From Schizochytrium sp. TIO01 (lineage: Eukaryota > Protista > Bigyra: Labyrinthulomycetes), in the NCBI GenBank assembly GCA_004764695.1, contig SMSO01000035.1, positions 2,108,001 to 2,172,000 on the forward strand: 64,000 nt of DNA, read 5' to 3'. A model generated the notes under the pieces. That model saw only the letters and a program-made list of their open reading frames with translations. It was not told the origin of the DNA and did not search any database. Numbering within the stretch: the first letter of the stretch is position 1; each line of letters starts with the position of its first letter. Of the stretch, positions 22,002 through 31,971 are shown in pieces. The position numbers were made by a program, and so were the translations under genes.

Positions 22002-23798
22002 TTAAATCATGTCCTTGGATAGGTAGCGTAAAAGGATGCCTCTTGCGGCATGGACATCACGGTCTGCTACATGGTTGCACTTGGGATTAGGGCATTGGAA
22101 AACCTTGGATGCCCCGAGTTTATGGTGGAGGGTACCGCACTCATTGCATGTTTTTGAAGTGTAGCTCTCTTGGCAAAGAACAAGCTTGCACCACGGGAAC
22201 ATCTCAGCCTTATGAATGAGAGCCTGGCGGAACCCAAAATGGGACCAACGACACATCATTCGAACAGACTTCTTGGATATCCGTCGCTCCATCCTCCTGC
22301 TCATCTTAGAGGTTTCGAATTTAGGCAAGAGAATAACACGATAGTTTTCACAAAGCCAAAGCGCGAGCTTGCGGTGAATCTCAGTGATCTTGTTCTTGAT
22401 CTTGAGTTGGGCGCGATAGAAGGCGCGCTTCAAGGGGGTGTTGAAATCGTATGCAGTTTTCTTTTTATTTTCTTGAGCTTTATCAATCCTGCTTTGGATC
22501 TTATCAACGCGGCGACAGAGATAGAATATGGTTCTAAAATCTTTCCCTGTGCCCCATTCAATGGCGCGGCCATCAGCATCATACATCGTCTGAAACGAGC
22601 GAACACCTGGATCTAGAGCAATGACACTGTGGTGCGCCTTGGGTGCCTGGTCCATTGGACGCTTTTCTTCTTCTCGTAAGAAGCAGAAGTACACATGCCC
22701 AAGGCGATTCATTTGCACACGCATGGCGTTCTTAATCTGACTGGGGAACTTTTCTTTACGTGTTCGGAATTCTTTTAGAAAGTTGGAGGTCTTTGATTTC
22801 TTCGCATTCCAGGTACGTGCATTCACTTCGAAAATCTGTGATTCATCACGCTTGGTCCGAAACTTATAAAAAGATTGCTCATGGACTTTCTTTTGTACAG
22901 CGAGTTCTTCGTTTTTGGCTCGTCCAGAGTTAAGAGCCTTGAAGAAATCCAGAATCCCGGAATCACGGATAGCCTGTGGGACCTCGAGAACCCATTCAGG
23001 AGCATCATGCCTTTCTTTAGATCGAACGGCTTTCTTTTCTCCATAGAGGGCACCATACGTTTGGGGATTCCCATCTTCATCTACTAAAACCTGCTTCGTC
23101 TTGGAATCCTTTTTGATGCACGCTTCTTGATGCAATTTGATGGCTTCTTCCTCGCCCTTCGCCACGTCTCGGTGAAACGCAACGCCAGTATTGTAGGCTC
23201 TTCTAGTGACACCAAACCATTTAAGCAACTGTGTACGCTGATCTTTAGTAGGGTATACCCTGACCTTTTTGGCACGGACAAGGTCATATTCTTTCTTGAT
23301 GGTCTTGCGCGCCTTCGTGCGAGCTCGCTTCTTCCTCGCTGCGTCGTCGCCGTCTATTTTGCGCTGCTCGTTTTCCGTGATGCGATGCCACAAAGACGGT
23401 GATGATTCCGAGGAGGTCTTTGGTGAAGGTGTCTGCGTCTCCGGCATGTGCATCTTGGCCGTGTACCACGATTTTGACATTTTTTCTTTCGAAAAGGTGT
23501 TCCAGGAGGTCGACTGCGATTCGCGCAAGTCGGTCGCGGTGCATGACCACAACTTGGCCGATTCCGCCGCGGTCACAGGCGTCCAGTAGGGAGCACAGGC
23601 CTTGGCGTTTGAAATTGACCCCGCTACCGATGTCTTTGTAGACGGCGGAAGCATCTGGGTAGGCGCGCTGGAGATCGCCAACCTGGCGTTCGAGGTCCTC
23701 CTTTTGCTTGGCCGAGGACACTCTGGCGTAGATAACGGTACATCCAGAGCTGCGTTGCTCGCGGCCGGTGGAACCGCAATCAAAGATGCGCTCAACAT
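22002..23798 (-). CDS. tnpB: Fanzor2 / IS607 TnpB-like RNA-guided endonuclease
   Basis: HTH KKVRVYPTKDQRTQLLKWFGVTRRAYN; RuvC-I VIALDPGVRSF; ILLPKFET (Pro at the canonical Glu position) with the alternative Glu in QESYTSKTC; Zn ribbon CNEC...CPNPKC; RuvC-III DRDVHAARGI; basic NLS-like stretch ARKKRARTKARK. First ATG at 23798. Confidence 0.95.
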   Translation of the reverse strand: MLSASLIAVPPAASNAALDVPLSTPECPRPSKRRTSNARLAISSAPTQMLPPSTKTSVAGSISNAKACAPYWTPVTAAESAKLWSCTATDLRESQSTSWNTFSKEKMSKSWYTAKMHMPETQTPSPKTSSESSPSLWHRITENEQRKIDGDDAARKKRARTKARKTIKKEYDLVRAKKVRVYPTKDQRTQLLKWFGVTRRAYNTGVAFHRDVAKGEEEAIKLHQEACIKKDSKTKQVLVDEDGNPQTYGALYGEKKAVRSKERHDAPEWVLEVPQAIRDSGILDFFKALNSGRAKNEELAVQKKVHEQSFYKFRTKRDESQIFEVNARTWNAKKSKTSNFLKEFRTRKEKFPSQIKNAMRVQMNRLGHVYFCFLREEEKRPMDQAPKAHHSVIALDPGVRSFQTMYDADGRAIEWGTGKDFRTIFYLCRRVDKIQSRIDKAQENKKKTAYDFNTPLKRAFYRAQLKIKNKITEIHRKLALWLCENYRVILLPKFETSKMSRRMERRISKKSVRMMCRWSHFGFRQALIHKAEMFPWCKLVLCQESYTSKTCNECGTLHHKLGASKVFQCPNPKCNHVADRDVHAARGILLRYLSKDMI

Positions 23799-23807
23799 CG
23801 TCGCAGG
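23284..23807 (-). pseudogene. tnpA: IS607 TnpA serine recombinase lacking its N-terminal HTH and a start ATG
   Basis: Motifs IYARVSSAKQKEDLERQ, DIGSGVNFKRQGL, HRDRLAR and DLLGIITVF...HGKR. There is no ATG upstream of the catalytic Ser in this frame and no MerR-type HTH. Confidence 0.85.
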
Positions 23808-24331
23808 CTGCACAGATTGAACAATGAGACTTGTGATTTGCAGGTTTTTTTACAGGTGAGATCAACGTTCGTTTGATGTTAGGTTGAGATGCACAAGACT
23901 ATAATGCAGGGCACGAAAATATCTAGGCGGAAATAGATAGCCGTGTTGAGTAGCGGAGAATGCTCTGCTAATTTGGAAAGCGTTGTTGAGGATTTTGCAA
24001 GTTAAATTTGGTGCTTACGAATGCGTGTAAATCAAAGAGGAATTTGTTGTTCATCTAGTTATGAAAATCAGAAAAAGGTCAAATGCGCGCTGTGTATATC
24101 CTTTGGCGTTAAATAGTGCACATATATCCCAAATTTGCTGTTTCTCAAAAAGAAGAAAGTACCCTTCTTCAAATGTAAATAAAACAGCAGAAACTATCTC
24201 ACACAGTAACAACCTCAAAACAGTTGTGACAATCAAGTTGTTCTGATATCACGGTGACGGAGTACATGAAAAAAATCAAAAAGACTTTGGAGTAGTAACT
24301 ACAAAGCCAATTAGATTTATATGTTCATAAT

Positions 24332-26932
24332 TCACATAATGCAGCAAGCCACCTGTGACTGACGACCATTGTCAGCATGATTGGCCTCAAAGTCAACTTG
24401 GCATCCAACGAGCTCCTCAAACAAAGTCTCGGAGCGCACGTACTCTAAAGCTTTGAAAGAGGCACGGTGATGCTCATCAGTAAGCATTGCTGATTTACGT
24501 TTTTCTTTCTTTGTCGGTTCACCACCATCATAATCATTTGGCTGGAACTCTGCATTGACCGTAGTCGAACTGGGAATAAATGGTGGAACAATATGACGTT
24601 TCTCTAGTTTATCCCAATCGATGCCATCAAAGAAGGGATGCTCCATAATCTCCCTGACACCACGTGTACCGCACCCAAGTCGGGCTTCCGGATCATGGTG
24701 TAATAATTTGTGCACAAGATCTTGTGCTTCGTAGGTGAGACCGACGATGGGCTTTTCAGCTCTACCCGGCTCCTTTAAACGACGATGTAATTCGTTACGA
24801 TTTCTCTCCGCGCATTGTAATGCTGACTCAGACCACCGTACTTTACCAAGAACCATATTTCTTAACAACGTGCGATGAGACCGCTTTGGGCCACGAGTGA
24901 AAGGCATCCTTCCTAAGCAATAAAATTGGTGCAAAATCACCCCGAGTGCAAACCAATCTACAGAAACACCATAGTTAGGATAACGGGGCAAGCGATCTGG
25001 GTCTGCGGAGAGCCTTCGAACAGAGTTTTCAGTGTCTTCCAAGCGTCCGAGTCCATCGACATTCTCCCCACCATCATCGTTTTCATTATCACCATTGAGC
25101 AATGGAACTACAGGAATATTTGGCGACTTAAAGCTAGCTTGGAGCTGGTTAGCATTTCCACCAATTGCTACATTTGGTGATAATGGTGAGGCAATATAAC
25201 CTGGAGAGGTTGGCGAAGGTGAGCCCGGTGAACCTGGGCTCAGTAATGGGTTAACTGGGGAGAATGTCTCAACAGGTTGATTCTCTGGAGGTGGGAACAC
25301 CTTATTAGTGTCCACACGCAGAAATTGTCGAGTTGTCTTGTCACTCTGAACGTCAAGCATATTTGCGGTTGCCCGCATGTTGTTATTTGTATCTCCTAAT
25401 GAGGCTGTTCCTCCAGCTTTCCTTCGAGTTGTATTCGTAGTTTCAACTTTTGAAGAATTTGCTGCACCTCGTGCAAGTTGCGCGTTACTAGGGTCAAAAG
25501 CATCAACTCGTGCGGACTTAGAGGTGAGTGCTCGGAGAGATGATTGGAACGTTGAAAGCCAAGTTGTTCTTCGCGTTGTGCTGCTGCGTTTTTTAACCTC
25601 CGTCGGTCTCCTTCGGTCCCAACAGGGACCGAGATACATCTCTGGCGCAATGTAACCTGGAGTACCACAACACTGGTCATGACGAAGATCTTGTGCTGAT
25701 TCAGCAGTGACACTAAGACCAAAGTCACTGATAACAACATAGCCACTAGTGTCTAAAAGACAATTACTTGGTTTGAGATCTCGATGAATGATATGTTTGG
25801 AATGTAGATATCCGATACCCAACACAAGGCACGCCATCCAAAATTGTGCTACCTCGTGAGGGACTACTGGCATACGTCGTAAATGGAATTTGAGTTCTCC
25901 ACCTGGAAGAATATCAAGCAAAAAGTAGATATTTACATCATCTTGAAAAACTTGATGAACCCTTGCTACGAATGGGTAATCAACTTTTCGTAGAATGGTA
26001 GCTTCAGCCACAACTGTATTAAGTCGTTTCTTCGTAATAATGCGAACTTTATTCATTTCTTTCAAGGCCCATACAGCGTTTGTATCACTGTGCATCGCAA
26101 TGAAATTCAGTATTCGCCCATTTTGCAGATGAGCATGTATGCAGACGTATGTTCATTAGGTCAAATTTATCCCACAAATACATTTCACGTTAGCTTTTGC
26201 TTCCCTCCTATCCAAAATCTAACCTTACCATATCTTACAGAGGCGTGGTTAAACTCCCCTCGAAATATACGAAATGCTTCGGTTTTCTGCCACCTTATCA
26301 TCAACTTACACTACTCGAACGGCATGAACTTTGCCGAAACCTCCCTCGCCAAGCAAACGAAGACGTTCAAAATCACGCATTACACGGGGTTTCAAGGCGT
26401 AATTCTCGAAACTCGCCAGTGCATAGCCATACGGCCCATCAATAAAACTTCCAACGTGATCGTTCAGACGATCGAGAAGATATGCCATAACCATTTTCAA
26501 AGAGTTCGGGATTTTAGATACTATACCGGCGTTAATGAAGCCAGCAATATCCTGGTCAAGCTGAGTAACTGACTCGGCCCCTTCATCGCCAACGAAGTAT
26601 GGTTTGCCTGGTGTTAAATAAGTGAGTCCAATATGTCGCAAATAAGATAACAACTTAATGCCAGGTGGAATTGCCTGCGCTTGATCGCAATCTTCGTAAC
26701 AGAGAAGTAGCTGCAAAAGATTTTCATCACGAAGGTACCTCCAGAACAGAGATCGTTTGACCCCACTGGAAAGAATAGCGTCAGCTTTGAGGTTGGTGCG
26801 GAATCGTGCGAGCAGGTTCTGAAGATTTGAATAGGTCAGCTGCCGCTTGGTTTTGTGCACAGCAAACTTGGATATTGCACATTGTGCATCAAGAAAGCGT
26901 TGATCCTCCACAACTTGGTTGAGAATATTCAT
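24332..26932 (-). CDS. G-protein-coupled-receptor-kinase-like AGC kinase (RH/RGS-like domain + kinase); exons 26932-26310 and 26087-24332
   Basis: N-helix MNILNQVVEDQRFLDA, then a helical RH-like region, DFERLRLLGEGGFGKV, ALKEM, HRDLKPSN, DFG, GTPGYIAPE, VDWFALG and the AGC tail HPFFDGIDW...PPFIP. A GTAAGT...CAG intron (26088-26309) joins in frame (VRVVDTNAVWALK). Confidence 0.88.
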
Positions 26933-29900
26933 TGTGAACCACGTGTGCGAGTTGTCGCACACGTGTACCAAGGTCTACTTCTTCAAAACTATACACAGAG
27001 GATGTGATCAGTGCCAGAGCTCTTGACGATCGCAGTCTGCCTCCGATAAACAGTTGAATTTAGCAAGGAGTTGGCTGTAGCGATAGCTCACGTAGAGCCC
27101 GGATGATCACCGAAGAGATAGTGACTAGTTTTTGACAGCTCCTGGCGTGATCAGAATTGTAAATTTACGCTTCGTTGGTGGTTTTGTCGGCGCTTTCGTT
27201 GTTCTATGCCCTAAATTATTGATACAGAGTGGAGTGCTTGCTAGCCAGATATGCTTTATAGTCGCTGCACGTGTTGAGGCGCCGGCCTCTTAGAGTTTCA
27301 GAAGCTCTAGCGCACGCGATGTTTTGCTGCTTTTGACGCGGCGGTCACCACTGCGCGACCGCTAGCACTGTACTTTACGATGCAGCTGCCGATGATCAAA
27401 CGTGTCTTGAAGGATCACTGCGCTAAATGTTAAAATGTGAGTGCTCAGATGTTATTACTTGGTAAATGTCATCTCGTAAAAATTATTGCAAAGTAATTCC
27501 GCGTTTTATGTAAGTCGAAAGAACTTACATAGTAATAACTATTATATCGGGTGCCTCCAGCAAACATCAATAAGAAACCAGCTATGGAGTGCGCATGAAG
27601 AGGTAGCAGTACCGACCCGTGACTTGATGGTCTGCAAAATCTCGCACCTTTCCGTCCTCATCAGTGGCGTCTCCGCATGTAAAGGTCCTTCGCAATGATT
27701 TACGAACTTACATTTCCTGTAGCAGGTTCTAGGGAGTGGCTAGTGGGTCAACAAACGAACTTTTATCCGTTGAAAATACGGGTTCCCGTTATGAGGAAGT
27801 ACTGGTAGCCCCGTGGTAATAACACAGATGCATTCTTTCTCTCAGTGTCTTCGCTTTCGTGCTAACATTGTCCTATAGAGTCCGCGCAAAAGACTAGGCT
27901 CATAGGTAGAGTGCGTCTGCTAAGTGGGGTGCGCACTCAAGCGTGCTTTATGGTATGGAACACCATGATTCTGCAGATCCGATCTACCTATAGCTTGCTC
28001 ATTCCATAAAGCGCACTATTCCCTGCCTTTGTGTTCTCTTTCCTGGCTGAAGCGGCATGATCAAAGCTCCTAATTAGAGCTGAGCGTAAATTTCGACAAG
28101 TAATTGTAAAGCCTAATAATTGTTCATTCCTGCTTGCCAACATCACGAATTTACCTCCCTTTTCTACACCTTTCTCGCCTATCTCAACGGACAATTATCT
28201 ACATCAATAGAATTTGTAAGTTTGTAGAGATGGGAGAGGACGTTGAAATGAGAAAGAATTAAGACGGTCTGAATGTGACAAATGCACTTACGCAGAGCCT
28301 GCAAGAGTCTCCACCACGCGTTACTGCTACAAGGAAGGTGCAGTTTCATTTTCCTGATAAGTACGATATATATGTAATCTTTCGATTGCGTGAAGCCCGA
28401 GTGGCTGGAAGAGTTTTTTTTTAGATAGTCAAGAATGTGACCGTCTCGATTCATATTCGAGATTGGTCTGACAAGAAAAGCATTTATTTTGCTTTGAAAC
28501 GCTTGAGCCCCCCCCCCCCCCCCCCCCCGGGCGTCAAATCACAGGATTTACTCCGGCAAGTACACCCAAACTCGTCGATTCTTGAGCGGTTACGTTTCCT
28601 TGGCTACAAATATATTAGTGTTTCTCCACCATTTGAGACAGCTGGACGTGTTTTTGAAAGATGTAAGTGCTCATTCTGTGGATTGATGCATCCTTGCCAT
28701 GATCATACATATCAATGAACAAGAACTTCACCAGCAGAAGAGGGCCAGCGTGCGAGCGTGAGGCACGTATGCAACAGTCAAACTAAATTATGTAGCTTTT
28801 GAGTTCCATAATGAGGCACGTACTAACTCTCGAATAGGAAGAGCGAACTATGATTTCGATAACGCGTCTATTGAATATTGTGTGGTGAGGTGGAACAAGT
28901 GTTTTGGTTTTCGTCGACCAAAAGTTTTCAATGGTAGCTGAAATGATGCGTTGATCAGGTGTGCGCGCGGAGTGGAGTGCCTATTTTGTCGGACTACGAG
29001 GTAAGGCTTACATGTTCGCTTGCTTGCCTGTGCCTGCCCGCCTCTTCAGCTTTGCTGATGGCGGCCACGGCGTCTCATCTTGTAAGATGATACATGTAGA
29101 ACCCAACAAAGACCTCTACTACTTACTTATAAAGTCGCACGACCACACCTACTATGTTGTGCAAACGAGGCTGGTCAGTCCGGAGAAATTAAAAATCTAT
29201 CGATTCAATTGTTTTAAATCTTCCTATTCGATTGAATAGTTAAAAAATGATATTTATTCAGTTGTAAGACCGAGAATCATGAAGTTCGATGCGACCTTAT
29301 CTCAAAAATATAGAAATAGAAAATGGACTGTGGATTTTAGTTTATTTTTGAAGAAACAAAATAAAAGACAAGGCTGTTGCTTCTTTTCTGTTTTAATCAT
29401 TGTCGTGCATGATTAAAAAAAGGTAATGCAACAAGCTCTGGGTGTATCAGAGGAGTAAAAAAAATATAATACAGAATCGGCTAAAAAGTTACCACTCTTG
29501 GCCCTCCAAAGAGTGTTTTCCAGGCTCATATCCTCGATTTTTCGTGTTGTTATTGCACCACCTTTTCTCTCAAACTTCCACCGCAGAAGGCAAGGCAAAG
29601 GACGTTCAAAAGAGCCAAACTGATACTTGCCTAGCGTCTGTATCCTACTGTATCTACTAGTACAAATAATGCAATTACCTAGGTAGGTGAGTACCAACAA
29701 GCCAAAATATTTTGGCGTCAGCACGTATTTGATGGAAGTACGTAGATACTTAGTTCCCTTTGCTGGTGGCTTCTAGCATGCCTGATCAGAAACCATGCTT
29801 AAATGCTTGTTATAAACACATTGTTGAAATACAAATTTGGGATTCAACGATCCTATTCACTTTAGTTCCTCCAAAACGCACCTGAGGAAAAGGTGTGCAC

Positions 29901-29949
29901 TCACTCACAACACAGAGCCAAGTAGATTGTGGCTTCCTCCGATTTTCTA

Positions 29950-31971
29950 CTAGGGCAAGGCTGCCTCAGGAGTGGAAAATCCACGGCGAGAAAGCATCGT
30001 TGTGAGACGAGGACTAGATCGACGATGCTCAGTGAATGATAGTTGGTTACGGAATTCGTTATTAATGGTGGTCGATTGAAGGAGAGAACTTAAAAGTTCT
30101 CGAATCGAGTCATCACGGTGACAACTTGTGAAGGAGTGCTGACATGCTAAGAGCTCCTTGGCCAGGGAATAAGCAGAATACAGGGACAATGCGTCTCGAC
30201 TGCCATCTCCACCTCGAATTTCTAGCATGACACTGGCATCTTTGAGCCAAATGCCAAGAAATGGCATGCAGCCTGTGCCACACGGTTGTACACGCGGCAC
30301 AGGGCTTTTGGACAAATCGGCACGATAAACGAGGTAATTCTGCCGAGGGGAAACGGCGCGTTGCAACTTTTCGAAAGCAGCACGCTCTCGAGCAGGCGTA
30401 TGCTGCCAAACCCACGACAACGTTGTCTGCCCAAGTCCCGCCACGATTGCAAAAAGTAGATGAAAACTCCGTTGTTCACGGCAGGCAGCAGCAATGCGGA
30501 GAAAGAATGATATGGCCCGGATCCGACTCGACGAACTCCGGTTTGCATGTGCTAAAACTTCGAGTTCAACCCAGGAAGCAATCACCTCAAAAACACTGAC
30601 CATGCGTTGTAAATTTGGGCACATGGTAGCGCGTATGCGACCGGCTCGTACGGCTCTGCCAAGCTCGTAGAGTTTTACTTCCGTGAATATGCAGTCATGC
30701 ACCAGCAATGTTAGTTGGATCGCCACCTCATTGGGCGATAATTTGAAGAGTCGAGATACAAGACCTTGTCGAAAATCATGTGCCATAAGTTCAACTTGCA
30801 GGCTATTGTTGCTATCGGCACGAGAGCGAAAAATTGACAGCAATGAGCGAAAAGATTTAAGACGTCGGTGGGAGACTGACGATGTGTTAGAATGTGCTGA
30901 TTCCAAGGATTGTGCCGACGCCCATGAAGCAACCGACCCTCTACGCTCTGCAGTGAGGCGCTGTGCTGCAAATTCCGCGCTTGATAAACCAAACCAGCAA
31001 GCACTATTTCGGCGTGCGACTTCTTCATCCAAAAATCCCATCAGCTCAGCCTCGCAATTCTCTGAGGATCCTGCAGGCATGAGATATGGGCCTGGATCTT
31101 CTTCGTCTGCAAAAAAGGGGTCATCTTGTGGTTGTCCGAGAGTACCTTCAGCGCCTTCTTCTTGAGAAGGTAAGGATGTAACAACCCTTCTGGCAGCCTC
31201 ATCGAGCTTTGTTGCAACAGACTGCCCAAGCACTGTGGTACGATCGTGGTCACAAGAATCAATAACCTCGATGGCTTGTGCATATAATGCAGGGAATATT
31301 TCCAACTCGGTAGCAGCATCCCAATGATCAAGCCATTCAATGAGAATGAAGAGAGCAACCTGTTGAGGGGACTCTAGTTCGCGAGTTCCATGGACGAAAA
31401 TTGTAGCATTATCCTCCCACGGATGTGAGTGCGCTAGTTCAATGAGCCAGGCAACCATCGTAATAGGTCGCGTGGTGAAGAGCAGGGTGTTGATGACTTC
31501 TTGACTTTCATTTTCCGTGAGTCCATTCTCTGGAGCGAGTGCACATAAGAGTAAATCTCTCATGGACGTTGATGCACGCATAATTTCCTCGAGTCGCGAG
31601 GGCCCAGGCAAAAGAACATCGCTGCCGTCTTCTGAGTCTTGGCTCGTGACGCTCTGCAAATGCCGTGGCACAGCACGACGCCAACGTGGTGTAGAGAACC
31701 TTTTCCTACCCATTTTCTTCTTTGGCTCTTGGTTTTCTGATCCAAGACGGCGCTGCAGCACTGGCTGCTTGCGCACCGCTCGGTTTTGTTCAAAAGCTTG
31801 GCCGTCTTGAACGGTTTGGTCTGAAATTCCTTTTACCTTGTCCCGGTGGCTATGATACTTGCAAGTTCCCTTGTCCCTTTCTTTGCAGTTAGGATTATCT
31901 TGCTCTTGGTCGACTTTATCTTGCAGGTTCACACCGCAAGATTGTGTTTCTCGCATTATCTGTTGCGCCAT
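29950..31971 (-). CDS. RasGEF (CDC25-homology) domain protein with a REM-like region
   Basis: Motifs SPNEVAIQLTL, IASWVELEVL, RIRAISFFLRIAAAC...SFHLLFAIVAGL, QNYLVYR and CMPFLGIWLKD. Confidence 0.92.
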   Translation of the reverse strand: MAQQIMRETQSCGVNLQDKVDQEQDNPNCKERDKGTCKYHSHRDKVKGISDQTVQDGQAFEQNRAVRKQPVLQRRLGSENQEPKKKMGRKRFSTPRWRRAVPRHLQSVTSQDSEDGSDVLLPGPSRLEEIMRASTSMRDLLLCALAPENGLTENESQEVINTLLFTTRPITMVAWLIELAHSHPWEDNATIFVHGTRELESPQQVALFILIEWLDHWDAATELEIFPALYAQAIEVIDSCDHDRTTVLGQSVATKLDEAARRVVTSLPSQEEGAEGTLGQPQDDPFFADEEDPGPYLMPAGSSENCEAELMGFLDEEVARRNSACWFGLSSAEFAAQRLTAERRGSVASWASAQSLESAHSNTSSVSHRRLKSFRSLLSIFRSRADSNNSLQVELMAHDFRQGLVSRLFKLSPNEVAIQLTLLVHDCIFTEVKLYELGRAVRAGRIRATMCPNLQRMVSVFEVIASWVELEVLAHANRSSSSRIRAISFFLRIAAACREQRSFHLLFAIVAGLGQTTLSWVWQHTPARERAAFEKLQRAVSPRQNYLVYRADLSKSPVPRVQPCGTGCMPFLGIWLKDASVMLEIRGGDGSRDALSLYSAYSLAKELLACQHSFTSCHRDDSIRELLSSLLQSTTINNEFRNQLSFTEHRRSSPRLTTMLSRRGFSTPEAALP

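Larger units (their letters stand above)
21885..23865 (-). mobile_element. IS607-type Fanzor2 element (tnpA remnant + Fanzor + right-end omega-RNA); left end not identified, boundaries approximate
   Basis: A serine-recombinase frame overlaps a TnpB/Fanzor ORF, followed by a structured 3' non-coding tail. This is the IS607 arrangement. Confidence 0.85.

Noticed and set aside
21911-24010. TGCAAGTT motif in inverted orientation near 21925 and 23996 as terminal inverted repeats
   Set aside because: Only 8 bp in AT-rich DNA, and IS607 elements lack TIRs; cannot define the left end from it.
28508-28528. Poly-C run (G-quadruplex potential on the minus strand)
   Set aside because: Isolated homopolymer with no supporting context.
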